Source: Nocardioidaceae bacterium (GTDB lineage: Bacteria; Actinomycetota; Actinomycetes; Propionibacteriales; Nocardioidaceae). Taken from it: a stretch of 64,000 nucleotides of DNA. The notes under the pieces are model-generated. The model did no database searches. It was not told the origin of the DNA and was given only the letters and a program-made list of their open reading frames with translations. This document shows positions 21,586 through 31,132 of this stretch, one piece after another (within the stretch, counting starts at the first letter, position 1; the number at the start of each line of letters is the position of its first letter). The stretch is from positions 8,262-72,261 of the forward strand of contig JAUJOE010000001.1 of assembly GCA_030447805.1 (NCBI GenBank), in the 5' to 3' direction. The position numbers and the translations under genes were made by a program.

Positions 21586-21996
21586 TCACGCGCCGCTGAC
21601 GGACACCCGCTCGACGTCCTGCTGAGTGATCTCGGCGATGAGGTCGAAGTCCTTGTCGAGATGCAACACCGTGAGGCTGTTCAGCTCCGCGGTCGCGGCG
21701 ATGAGCAAGTCAGGGATGGAGGGGGCCCGATGCTGGCCGCGGTCGGCTAACAGGGTGAGGACTTCAATCGCTCGGTCCTCTATCGCCGGGGAGAGATACT
21801 CCACCGACATGCTGGAAAGTGGAGGAGTCCGGAGGCCTCGCCGCAGGTCGTTGCCGGAGCGGGCAGAGTAACCAACTTCAAGGCGGGTGACGTTGGAGAT
21901 CCGCACCAACCCGCGCTGGATACGCTTGGCCCACTCTGCAGCGTCAGGGCATTGGTGGAGCCTCACCAGCGCTGACTTGTCGATGAGCCACTCCAT
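21586..21996 (-). CDS. vapC: PIN-domain toxin VapC
   Basis: [13 protein letters not shown]...DLLIAATAE...[12 protein letters not shown]. Overlaps the vapB stop. Confidence 0.9.
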   Translation of the reverse strand: MEWLIDKSALVRLHQCPDAAEWAKRIQRGLVRISNVTRLEVGYSARSGNDLRRGLRTPPLSSMSVEYLSPAIEDRAIEVLTLLADRGQHRAPSIPDLLIAATAELNSLTVLHLDKDFDLIAEITQQDVERVSVSGA

Positions 21997-22220
21997 CAAC
22001 TCCAGGCCCGTCGCATGAGATCGTCATCAGCCAAGTCGTCGAAGGTTCGCGCGAACCGATCAAGATCCTCGATGGTGACCCGGCCACTGGTTCGCTGGGC
22101 CTCATTGGTCAGCCGGCGGCGAACGAATTCGCTACGGGAGAGCCCTAGCCTGGCGGCGTGGGCGTCCAAGGCCGCAATGATCGGGTCCGGGAGATCTCGA
22201 ACTAAGAGGTTGGACATCAA
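21996..22220 (-). CDS. vapB: ribbon-helix-helix antitoxin VapB
   Basis: 74 aa: [36 protein letters not shown]. The ATG is one codon inside the listed ORF. Confidence 0.85.
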   Translation of the reverse strand: MMSNLLVRDLPDPIIAALDAHAARLGLSRSEFVRRRLTNEAQRTSGRVTIEDLDRFARTFDDLADDDLMRRAWS

Positions 22221-22355
22221 GATCAGCTCCTTCGATATTGATATCAGGAGATATCATTGTCGCACGTCAAGTCGGCTACCGCCTCTGACGCGCAGCTCAC
22301 CGCCGTCCGAACTCGCCATTCAACCACTCGCGGCCGGGCAGATACTCTGAGCGGC

Positions 22356-23516
22356 GTGACGACCGCTGCACCGCTGGCTGCCGTCGTCGCCGCCCTCGAG
22401 GAGCTTTACCCGCCCCGCTGGGCTGACGACGGTGACGCCGTCGGACTAGTGGTGGGCGACCCGTCAGCCGACGTACGGCGAGTACTGTTCGCCGTCGACC
22501 CGGTGCAGGCGGTCGTCGACGAGGCCATCTCCATCGGCGCCGACCTGGTCGTCGCGCACCACCCGCTGCTGTACCGCCCCGTCTCCACGGTCGCCGCCAC
22601 ATCCCCCAAGGGCCGCGTCATCCACGACCTGATCTCGCACGGCATCGGGTTGTACGTCGCCCACACCAACGCCGACTCACCGCCTCGCGGCGTCTCGGAG
22701 TCGCTTGCGCGAGCCGTTGGGCTCGAGGACGACCTCCGGCCGCTTCGGCCGCACCCGGTCGACCCGCTCGACAAGATCGTGACGTTCGTCCCCCGCGAAG
22801 CCGCCGATGCGGTGGTGGATGCGTTGGCGGCGGCGGGAGCCGGTGACATCGGTGCCTACGACCGGTGTGCGTTCCTCGCCGAAGGACAGGGCACGTTCCG
22901 GCCGGGGGAGGCGGCGAATCCCGCGATCGGTTCGAGGGGCGAGATCGAGGTGGTCGACGAGGTACGGGTTGAGATGGTCCTGCCCCGACGCCGTCGCGAC
23001 GACGTGGTGACGGCGCTGCGGGCCGCGCACCCGTACGAGGAGCCCGCGTTCGACGTCCTGGAACTGGCTGGCTGGTCCGCCGACCGCGGCGCCGGCCGCG
23101 TCGGCACGTTGCCCGAGCCGACCACGCTGCGGCGGTTCGCCGACTCCGTCGTCGCCGCACTGCCACCGACCGCGGTGGGGGCCCGCGTCTCAGGGGACCT
23201 CGACAGCCAGGTGCGCACCGTCGCCGTCACCGGCGGGGCCGGCGACTTCCTGCTCGACGACGCCCGCGTCGCCGGTGTCGACGTCTACGTCACCTCTGAC
23301 CTGCGCCACCACCCGGCGTCGGAGTTCCGTGAGTACGACGGCGCGCCGGCCCTTGTCGACGTACCCCATTGGGCCGCGGAGTGGACCTGGTTGCCGGTCG
23401 CCAGCGAGGCGTTGGCGGGCATCCTGGAGGGGCGGGGGAGCCATGTCGAGATGGTGGTGTCGCGGGTCTGCACCGATCCGTGGAACTATCGTGCCGGTGC
23501 TGCCACTTCTGCCTAG
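22356..23516 (+). CDS. Nif3-like dinuclear metal centre protein
   Basis: ORF 22257..23516, start set at GTG 22356. Motifs DAVGLVVGD, DLVVAHHPLLYRP, LYVAHTNAD, VTSDLRHH. Confidence 0.85.
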   Translation: MTTAAPLAAVVAALEELYPPRWADDGDAVGLVVGDPSADVRRVLFAVDPVQAVVDEAISIGADLVVAHHPLLYRPVSTVAATSPKGRVIHDLISHGIGLYVAHTNADSPPRGVSESLARAVGLEDDLRPLRPHPVDPLDKIVTFVPREAADAVVDALAAAGAGDIGAYDRCAFLAEGQGTFRPGEAANPAIGSRGEIEVVDEVRVEMVLPRRRRDDVVTALRAAHPYEEPAFDVLELAGWSADRGAGRVGTLPEPTTLRRFADSVVAALPPTAVGARVSGDLDSQVRTVAVTGGAGDFLLDDARVAGVDVYVTSDLRHHPASEFREYDGAPALVDVPHWAAEWTWLPVASEALAGILEGRGSHVEMVVSRVCTDPWNYRAGAATSA

Positions 23517-23525
23517 GAGCCGACG

Positions 23526-24279
23526 CTGAAAGCCGACGAGACCGCCCAGCTGAGACTGCTTGACCTGCAGCAGGTCGACTCGACGCTCGACAAGCTCGCT
23601 CACCGGCTCAAGACCATGCCGGAGCAGGTGGCGCTCGATGCGCTGGCCGAACGCCGTACCGATGTCAGCGCCCGGCACGGGCACCTGCAGACCGAGGTGG
23701 CCGACCTGGCCCGCGCGCAGCGCAAGGCCGACGCCGACGTAGAACAGGTCAAGGCGCGCCGGGAGCGGAACCAGCAGCGCATCGCCGCCGGCCTGGTCGG
23801 CGATCCCAAGCAACTGCAGGCGATGCAGCACGAAACCGAGACGCTCGCGCGACGCATCAGCGACCTCGAGGATGTCGAGCTCGAGGTGATGGAGACCCTC
23901 GAGTCGGCGCAGAGCGAGCTCGACCGGCTGACCACGGAGCTGGCCGAGCCTCGATGAGCAGCTGGTCGCGAAGGAGAAGGACCGCGACGAGGTGGCCCGC
24001 GATATCGCTGACAGGCAGACCGACGCGCTGGCCGAGCGGGAGAAGCTAGCCGCCGACATCCCGGCGAATCTGCTGGCGGCCTACGACCGGCTGCGCGACC
24101 AGCTTGGGGGAGTTGGGGCCGCCGCGCTGCACCACAAGCGCTGTGGCGGCTGCCAGCTGGAGGTGGGGGCCGCCGACCTGGCGCGGATGCGGGCGGCGCC
24201 GCGCGATGAGGTGCTGCGCTGCGAGGAGTGCAACCGGATCCTGGTCCGCACCTCGGAGTCCGGGATGGCGAAGGCCTGA
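23526..24279 (+). CDS. DUF164-type C4 zinc-ribbon protein (Rv2229c-like), one frame change; non-ATG start as sequenced
   Basis: (L)KADETAQLRLLDLQQVDSTLDKLAHRL from CTG 23526. ORF 23616..23957, then ORF 23992..24279 with CGGCQLEV...LRCEECNRILV. Confidence 0.75.
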
Positions 24280-24349
24280 CGTGGCTGGCTGCACGATCGA
24301 GACGGCGCGCGCGGTGGGCATCCGACCGAGACGGCGCGCGCGGGCTGAC

Positions 24350-24820
24350 ATGGCCGAACGCAGCCGCGTTGTCATCGAGGCCGACGGTGGCTCTCGGGGC
24401 AACCCCGGTCCGGCCGGCTACGGCGCGGTGCTCAAGGACGCGGTGACCGGCGCGGTGATTGCCGAGGCGGCAGAAGCCATCGGGCGGGCGACCAACAACG
24501 TGGCGGAGTATCGCGGCCTGATCGCCGGGCTGCACCTGTACGCCGAGCACGCGCCGGGCGCTGCCCTCGAGGTGCGGATGGACTCCAAGCTCGTCGTCGA
24601 GCAGATGGCCGGGCGGTGGAAGGTCAAGCACCCCGACATGCGGCCGCTGGCGCTGGCCGCCCGGCGGCTGGCGCCTGCTGAGGTCACCTGGACCTGGGTG
24701 CCACGGCTGCAGAACGCCCATGCTGACCGGCTCGCCAACCTCGCCATGGACGCCGCTGCCCGAGGCGAGGTGTACGTCGTCGGCGACCCGCCCCAGAGCC
24801 CAGCGACCGGGCTGAGCTGA
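24350..24820 (+). CDS. rnhA: RNase HI domain protein
   Basis: ORF 24104..24820 trimmed to ATG 24350: MAERSRVVIEADGGSRGNPGPAGYGAV...NNVAEYRGL...NAHADRLAN. Confidence 0.85.
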   Translation: MAERSRVVIEADGGSRGNPGPAGYGAVLKDAVTGAVIAEAAEAIGRATNNVAEYRGLIAGLHLYAEHAPGAALEVRMDSKLVVEQMAGRWKVKHPDMRPLALAARRLAPAEVTWTWVPRLQNAHADRLANLAMDAAARGEVYVVGDPPQSPATGLS

Positions 24821-24954
24821 CCGGTTCGGCTGACCCGGCCGGTCCGGCCGAGCTGGCCGGCGCGGCGGCGGCCGCCGTACCCGTCGATCCGGTTCCGGAC
24901 GCCCCTGAGCCGCCCACACCTGGCGTCGGCGGGCAGCCGGCCGCACAGAACCCC

Positions 24955-25590
24955 ATGCCCGGTTGGAGCGAGACGCTCGGCACCGAGACGACCGTCATCT
25001 TGCTCCGGCACGGCGAGACCGATCGCACCGTCGCTCGGCTGTTTTGCGGCCCAGGCGGTGCCGACCCGGGACTGAACGATGTCGGCCGTGAGCAGGCGCT
25101 GCGCGCGGCGGAGGCGTTGGCGGCCGAGGTCGACGTCGATGTGCTGCTCAGCTCCCCGATGCGCCGCACTCGTGAGACGGCCGATGTGGTGGGGGCGGCG
25201 CTGGGCCTGCCGGCGGAGGTGGTCGACGGCTTCCGTGAGTGCAGCTTTGGCGACTGGGACGGATATTCGCTGCAAGACGTGGAACAGCGGTGGCCGGCCG
25301 AGGCCGAGGCATGGCTGGCTTCGCATGAGGCGCGTCCACCCGGAGGTGAGTCGCTTGTCGAGGTGCAACAGCGGGTCGAGGAGGCGCTGGGACGGGTGCT
25401 GACGACGTACGCCGGTCAGACCGTCGTGGTGGTGAGCCACGTGAACCCGATCAAGCTCGTCGTGCGGTTGTCTCTCGACGCCCCGCTGCACTCGACCCAC
25501 CGGATGCTGGTGGCTCCGGCGTCGTTCACGACCGTGTCGTTCTACGAGTCTGGCGCCGCGGCGCTGCACCAGTTCTCGGCAACGCCTTGA
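24955..25590 (+). CDS. histidine phosphatase (CobC/phosphoglycerate-mutase family)
   Basis: TTVILLRHGET...SSPMRRTRETA...VVSHVNPI. An open Pro/Ala linker in the same frame reaches back to 24820 (see findings). Confidence 0.85.
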   Translation: MPGWSETLGTETTVILLRHGETDRTVARLFCGPGGADPGLNDVGREQALRAAEALAAEVDVDVLLSSPMRRTRETADVVGAALGLPAEVVDGFRECSFGDWDGYSLQDVEQRWPAEAEAWLASHEARPPGGESLVEVQQRVEEALGRVLTTYAGQTVVVVSHVNPIKLVVRLSLDAPLHSTHRMLVAPASFTTVSFYESGAAALHQFSATP

Positions 25591-25646
25591 CCTGAGCCGC
25601 CGGTTAGGGTGGAGCGCCACCAAAGCCCGCAGGTAAGGAGTCCGTC

Positions 25647-27083
25647 GTGCCGCGACGAACCGTCAAGCTGCAAGGTCACGACGGCACCGATCTGACCGCC
25701 GGGCTGCGGGCAATCGACCAGCAGCTCGACGTACCGACCGAGTTCCCCGCCGACGTGCTCGCCGAGGCCGAGCGGGCCGCCGCTCACCCGCGGCTTCCCG
25801 ACCTCGACCGGACCGACGTCCCCTTCATCACCATCGACCCCGAGGGCGCGAAGGACCTCGACCAGGCGATGCACATCGAGCGGGCGTCCGCGGGCTACCG
25901 GGTGCTGTACGCCATCGCCGACGTGGCGGCGTTCGTCGAGCCGGGCGGCGCGATCGACGCTGAGGCGCACCGGCGCGGTCAGACGCTGTACGCCCCGGAC
26001 CGGCGGATTCCGCTGCATCCGCCGGTTCTGTCGGAGGCGGCTGCGAGTCTGCTCCCTGACCAGGTGCGACCGGCGCTGTTGTGGACGATCGACCTCGACG
26101 AAAGGGGTGAGGCGACGAAGGTGGTGGTTGAGCGCGCGCGTGTCCAGAGCCGGGCGCAGCTCGACTACGCGCAGGTGCAGCAACAACTCGACGCAGGGGG
26201 AGCCGACGATGTCGTGACCCTGTTGCGCGAGGTGGGCGAGCTGCGGCTTGCCCGCGAGCGGGAGCGCGGCGGCGTCAGCCTGCCCCTGCCCGAGCAGGAG
26301 GTCGTGGTTGGCGACGACGGGTGGTCGCTGCGGTTCCGTGGGCTGCTGCCGGTTGAGGAGTGGAACGCGCAGATCTCGCTGCTCACCGGCATGGGCGCGG
26401 CCGAGATCATGCTGTACGGCGAGGTCGGCCTCGTCCGGACCTTGCCGCCTTCGCCGGAGCACGCGGTCGCCAAGCTGCGGCGTACCGCTGCTGCCCTTCG
26501 CCTTGAGTGGAACCCGGACGTCGACTACCCCGACTTCGTCCGCTCACTCGACCCCAACACGGGCGAGGGCGCAGCCATGCTCAACGCGTGCACGTCGCTG
26601 CTGCGGGGCGCTGGGTACGTCGCCTTCGACGGTGGTGTGCCCGAGCACATCGAGCATGCGGCGATCGCGTCGGAGTACGCCCACGTCACCGCTCCGCTGC
26701 GGCGCCTCGCTGACCGGTACGCCGGTGAGGTCGCGTTGGCGGTGTGCGGTGACCGTGACATCCCCGACTGGGTGCGGGCGCGGCTACGCGACCTGCCGCA
26801 GGAGATGCGCGACTCCGACCGGCGGGCGCACCAGTTCGAACGGGCCGTGCTCGACCTCGTCGAGGCGGGTGTGCTGGGCAAGTCCGTCGGACAGGTGTTC
26901 GCTGGGGTCATCACCGAGATCGGCGAGAAGGACCCCGACAAGGGTTCCGTCATGCTCAGCGAGCCCGCCGTGGAGGCGCCGGTCGAGTCGAAGTCCGGCC
27001 GGTTGCCGCTTGGCGACGACGTGCAGGTGAAACTTGTCGAGGCCGACACCGAGAAGCGCTCAGTCCGCTTCGAGCTGGTCTGA
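25647..27083 (+). CDS. RNB-domain (RNase II/R-like) ribonuclease
   Basis: 478 aa, uninterrupted. Motifs ITIDPEGAKDLDQAMHIER, YAPDRRIPLHP, YAHVTAPLRRLADRY. Confidence 0.85.
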   Translation: MPRRTVKLQGHDGTDLTAGLRAIDQQLDVPTEFPADVLAEAERAAAHPRLPDLDRTDVPFITIDPEGAKDLDQAMHIERASAGYRVLYAIADVAAFVEPGGAIDAEAHRRGQTLYAPDRRIPLHPPVLSEAAASLLPDQVRPALLWTIDLDERGEATKVVVERARVQSRAQLDYAQVQQQLDAGGADDVVTLLREVGELRLARERERGGVSLPLPEQEVVVGDDGWSLRFRGLLPVEEWNAQISLLTGMGAAEIMLYGEVGLVRTLPPSPEHAVAKLRRTAAALRLEWNPDVDYPDFVRSLDPNTGEGAAMLNACTSLLRGAGYVAFDGGVPEHIEHAAIASEYAHVTAPLRRLADRYAGEVALAVCGDRDIPDWVRARLRDLPQEMRDSDRRAHQFERAVLDLVEAGVLGKSVGQVFAGVITEIGEKDPDKGSVMLSEPAVEAPVESKSGRLPLGDDVQVKLVEADTEKRSVRFELV

Positions 27084-27098
27084 CGGCGAAACCAGCCC

Positions 27099-28227
27099 TC
27101 AGTCGGGTGCGCACTTGCCGAAGGGCGCGGACGAGCCGGAGTACAGGGCGACCGGCGGCTGGATGAGCGGCGGGCATGCCTCGCGGGTCAACGCTCTGAT
27201 CGCCGTACCGTCGTCGAAGCCATTGCCTCGGCAGCTGCTGTAGTAGACGTACATCTGGTCCGATGCGTCGCCATGCATCAGGTGCAAGACGATCGCCGAC
27301 TCGCCGAACTCGCCCTGGGAGCAGGTGCGGCTGGTCTGGTCCACCGCCGAGCGGGGCCGACTGAAGCGCCTTGAGCTCCGCGTCGGCGGCGGCTCCAATC
27401 AGTTCGTGCTGGGCGATCAGCCCCGGTGAACCCGGCGGAATGCCCAGCTCGTACTGGCAGACAAGGATCGCGTCCACACCGTCGACCGTGGCGATGTCGA
27501 ACGGCGGGGACGGGCGCTGGAAACCGCGGGATTGGATGTCGCTGCTCGGGTCACAGCTCGGGTCGCCTGGCTCGACGATCTCGGCCGAAGCCACGATGCG
27601 GTCGGCAAGGGCCCGATCGGTGCTGACCACCTTGATCGTGGTGTGCCCAACCGGCTCCTTGACCACCCAGAAGTTGCCGACTCTGTCGACGCTCGAATCG
27701 CCCTTGTCGTCGCTGAGGGTGACGTGGTCGACCCAGGTGCTCACGGGAGGCCGACGGGGCGATAGCAAAGAATGGAGAACGTGACCACGCGAGGCCCCCA
27801 ACCGGGCGACGTACGGACGTTTCGGCACCATGCCGCCGGGCACGTCTGCGCACCAGTCGGATCCCGGCTCCCGGTCGTACCCCCAGCTGTCCGGCACCTG
27901 CAGTCGCACGTCGCGGTAGTACTCGAAGCGCCATCCCTTGGCCGGCGCCTCGATGGCCGATGTCTCGGTCTGATCCGCGGGGTCATTGGCTGGGGCTGCC
28001 GCGTCGCGGGTGAGTTGCACGGCGCCGACCACGCCGCCGACGAGGAGGAGCACCGCGGCGGCCGCGCCCGCGATCATGCCCGCTGACCGTGTTCGCGCCC
28101 TACGCCGGATGGCTGGACCGTCGAGCGCGCCGGGTGTGCCGTCCTCGGCGGCGACCCGCTCGAAGGCGGCGCGCAAAGCGTTCTCGGCTCGGCTGTCGCT
28201 GCTGTCTCGTCCCATGCCGTCACTCAT
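27099..28227 (-). CDS. single-pass membrane protein co-transcribed with the ECF sigma (anti-sigma position), at least one frame change
   Basis: ATG 28227 overlaps the sigma stop (ATGAGTGA). MSDGMGRD...AGMIAGAAAAVLLLVGGVVGAV (TM). The C-terminus continues in ORF 27099..27398. Confidence 0.6.
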
Positions 28228-28823
28228 CGTGCTCAGCTGCCTCCTCCAGATGCTCGCGCAGGACCGCGAGCGCGCGACGTACATGTGAGCGCGCGGTGCT
28301 CTCGGTGCACCCCAGGACCCGCGCGATCTCGCCGAACGACTGGTCTTCGTAGTACCGCAGCACCACCGCTGCCCGCTGCACCCGAGGCAGTTCCTGGCAG
28401 AGCCGCCAGGCGAGTGCTGCGTCGTCGAGGACGCCGGCGGGGGTCCTGCACCGTCGCCGATGACGCGCTGTCGGAGCGTTCGGCCGCTAGCGCCTGCACG
28501 TCCGCCGTCGGTGTCTCCCGTCGACGGAAGGACCGCCACATGGAGATGTTCCGGTTGACGATGGCCCGGCGTACGTAGGCCTCCTCGGTGCCGGCCGCCT
28601 GCAGCCGGGCCCACTTCGGGTAGACGGAGATCAAGACGTCCTGTACGGCGTCCTGCGCGTCGCCCAAGTTCCCGGTGAGCAGGTGCGCGAACCGCACCAG
28701 CGCCGGTCCGCGAGCCGCCACCCACTCGTCGAAGCTCAGCGCGGTAGCCGCGGGCTCGACCGGCGCGGCGCCTCGTGGCCTTCGTCCGGCCACCGGCTGC
28801 ACCTCCTGAGCTGTCGGCCTCAC
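28220..28823 (-). CDS. ECF (SigE-type) RNA polymerase sigma factor, one frame change at a homopolymer
   Basis: ORF 28233..28823 holds region 2 (DAQDAVQDVLISVYPKWARL...AYVRRAIVN). Own translation of a third frame gives region 4: LPRVQRAAVVLRYYEDQSFGEIARVLGCTESTARSHVRRALAVLRE. Confidence 0.8.
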
Positions 28824-28883
28824 ACGACTAGTACGCAGCAGACCACAGTTTCGTTGCGCATCAGCCAGCGTGTGGCGTGTGAG

Positions 28884-28920
28884 GTAAACAAAATGTCATC
28901 TGGTGGCACTTTCTTTACCT
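28884..28920 (+). repeat. 37-nt direct repeat, left copy, with nested palindrome
   Basis: GTAAACAAAATGTCATCTGGTGGCACTTTCTTTACCT compared with 30013-30049. Confidence 0.75.
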
Positions 28921-28950
28921 CTGGGGGCGCGAGTGTCCCTGCAGACCTCC

Positions 28951-29871
28951 TCACTGCACCGGGCAGCCGGGGCGGCAAGGGTGGACAACGCCGGTGAAGC
29001 CCCGTGCCCGCAACACCGTGAGCACCTGCATGGTGACTGCGCACGGCTCCTCCGAGACATCGAGGAAGCCATAGCGCAACGTCGCTTCGCCCCTCAGGGT
29101 GGACCTGTTATCGCGCCGCATGTCTCGCCAGCGGCGAGTGGTCGCCAGGTGAATCCGGCCGTCAAGCTCGACGAGCACATCGAAGTCGTCGTAGGAGCAG
29201 TCGGCGACGTCGCTTCCCGCAACGCGCTGCCGGGTGCTGCGCGGCAGGCCGTGCGCTCGTTCAACGTCTCGCACGTAGCGGACCTCGAGCAGAGAGTCCG
29301 AGCCTCGCAGGTAGCTGGTAGCCGCTTTCAGCTCCCGACCCCAGCGGATCTGCCGGCAGCGCAGGGTCGCGAGTACGTCGTCGAGGCTCACCCGGCCGTT
29401 CTGGCAGCTGTCCGCTACGACCGCTAGCGCGGAGTCGAACGTCCGACACTGGTGAACCAGGTCGAGCACTGCATGCGCGCCGGTCACCCGTGGCGGTACG
29501 ACGCCGGGTGCTCGCCGCGACGCCGCGTCATAGCTGTAATGCAACCGCAAGCCGGGTTGTCGACGTACGCGGCGATTTCCGGGTATGAGGACGTCGATCC
29601 AGTCGCCGTCGTAAGGCCGGAGCAAACCCCGCTGCTCGGCGGCGGTGGCATGACTCCACATGGCCCCGGGTCCGGCGTACAGCAAGGCGGCGATGGAGCG
29701 CCCGATTCTCGAGGGGCGCGCCGGGCGCGTGGCGTAGACGCCGGGGTACAGAGTTCGCCAGTCCCCGCGGAGGTGCCGACGAATCTCTGCGACGGATCCT
29801 CCGGACATCAGCCACTGCTGACGGCTGACGACGCAGTCCTGATAGTGGATGAGTTCGGGCAATGACCGCAT
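28951..29871 (-). CDS. DUF559/Vsr-fold-like conserved actinobacterial hypothetical protein
   Basis: 306 aa, uninterrupted. C-terminal half SLLEVRYVRDVERAHGLP...YDDFDVLVELDGRIHLATTRRWRDMRRDN is typical of this family as I recall it. Confidence 0.6.
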   Translation of the reverse strand: MRSLPELIHYQDCVVSRQQWLMSGGSVAEIRRHLRGDWRTLYPGVYATRPARPSRIGRSIAALLYAGPGAMWSHATAAEQRGLLRPYDGDWIDVLIPGNRRVRRQPGLRLHYSYDAASRRAPGVVPPRVTGAHAVLDLVHQCRTFDSALAVVADSCQNGRVSLDDVLATLRCRQIRWGRELKAATSYLRGSDSLLEVRYVRDVERAHGLPRSTRQRVAGSDVADCSYDDFDVLVELDGRIHLATTRRWRDMRRDNRSTLRGEATLRYGFLDVSEEPCAVTMQVLTVLRARGFTGVVHPCRPGCPVQ

Positions 29872-30012
29872 CGATGTCGGCGTGCCTCACCGGCAGCCAC
29901 CACCAGCGGGCGGTTGGTCGTCGGTCATGCTTCACACGGTGCAGCACACAGAACCGTGATGCCACGCCGAGGGCGTTCTCTGTGGACGGGGCGTTGGTGG
30001 CGTCTGGCTTGT

Positions 30013-30049
30013 GTAAACAAGGTGTCACCTGGTGACACTTTCTTTACCT
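30013..30049 (+). repeat. 37-nt direct repeat, right copy (perfect 7-bp-arm palindrome TGTCACC-T-GGTGACA)
   Basis: GTAAACAAGGTGTCACCTGGTGACACTTTCTTTACCT. Confidence 0.75.
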
Positions 30050-30139
30050 GGCCAGTGAGCCATTGGCGCTTTCTTCCACGCCGACGTGGAAGCCCGGCCA
30101 ACGGGACCGAACGGGGGCGTCAGCGGTAGACTGGAGACG

Positions 30140-30723
30140 CGGGCGAGCCGACCGGGCGGCCGCGGCGAGGCGGGCGGTGAACGCCGTACCGTCGAGTCGA
30201 GGAAGGTCCGGACTCCGCAGGGCAAGGTGGTGGGTAACGCCCACCCGAGGCGACTCGCGGGACAGTGCCACAGAGACCAAACCGCCAACGGCTCCGGCGT
30301 ACGTCGGAGTGCGGGTAAGGGTGAAACGGTGGTGTAAGAGACCACCAGCGCCTCGGGCGACCGGGGCGGCTGGGTAAACCCCACCTGGAGCAAGACCAAG
30401 AAGGGCGGCGGGCCAACAACGGTCACTTCCCGCGCAGACGCCGGACCGATGGTCCTAGGCGTTGGCGGCGGCCAAGTGCTGGCGCGCGCTGGCAACGGCG
30501 GTGCATCAGGCGCGACGGCGCGCGCGATGGCAGGTTGCCCGCCTGAGTCTGCCTGGCTGGCGGTCTAGGTCGCACCAGCGCGCGTGGCGGACGGCGCGCG
30601 CAGATGGATGGCTGCACCGTTCTTGGCGGTCCGTGTTCTTGTCGGGACAACCTTCCGCCAACCCAACAGTGGGAACTGTTGCTGCTGGCCTACCGTGTGA
30701 GAACTCGGCCTGCAACGCTCGCC
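30140..30723 (+). ncRNA. rnpB: RNase P RNA, bacterial type A, unusually long
   Basis: Universal blocks present: GAGGAAGGTCCGGACTCC, GGGTAACGCCCACCC, ACAGAGACCAAACCGCC, GGGTAAGGGTGAAACGGTGGTGTAAGAGACCACC, GGTAAACCCCACCTGGAGCAAGACCAAG, CAGATGGATGG, GAGAACTCGGCC. P1 pairs GGCGAGC with GCTCGCC. Overlapping ORFs judged spurious. Confidence 0.85.
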
Positions 30724-31132
30724 GATGGGGCGCCATCCCCTGCATGGTCCGATAGCCTGACGGCGTGGCCGTTGAGATCCTCGTGCTGGTAGTCGTAGTT
30801 GCCTTCCTCGCCCTGCTGGGAGTCGGCAGGCGGCAGATCGCCCATGGCACCAACGCGCAGGTTGCCAGCGCAACTGTGCTGGTGCTGGCGACCGTCGTCG
30901 GAGTCCTGGCCCTAGGGATTGTCCTGTCGCTGGACGTCTGGTAACCCGGCAGGATCGTCTTCCAATCCACAGAGTATGTATGCAGCATGCTGAAAATGGC
31001 ACGCGCGACGATGGGGACTCATCGTCGCACCTCGTTAGATCTGGGCGACGTTTGAAACAACCGTGAGGGCTGGATGCTTGAGTCATGACGCCAACCGGCA
31101 CGCGGCGGCCGATCTGGCTTTGGGTCACGACG

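Noticed and set aside
22197-22221. One-base discrepancy between my hand count of the printed sequence and the ORF-track frame at the vapB start
   Set aside because: This is most likely my own counting or reading error. I kept the ORF-track coordinates and do not interpret it biologically.
23600-25623. Long antisense ORFs (23600..24946, 24418..25623; similarly 10536..11570, 40080..41195, 43402..44757, 62311..63516)
   Set aside because: These are typical high-GC antisense open frames opposite clearly identified genes. They have Arg/Pro/Gly-rich composition and no motifs.
26956-28725. 589-aa minus-strand ORF that looks like one large protein
   Set aside because: It is a composite. Its upstream third is the ECF sigma gene read out of frame. 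The real membrane-protein gene starts at ATG 28227, overlapping the sigma stop. Its last part is out of frame too, because the true C-terminus lies in ORF 27099..27398.
30765-30944. 59-codon ORF encoding two hydrophobic helices just after rnpB (VAVEILVLVVVVAFLALLG...)
   Set aside because: It has no RBS and only a GTG start, and I cannot recognise any conservation. It is too weak to call as a gene.
30025-31128. Several overlapping ORFs on both strands (for example 30025..30495, 30506..30988, 30565..31128)
   Set aside because: They cover the RNase P RNA gene and its flank. They have Arg/Pro-rich composition and no family resemblance.
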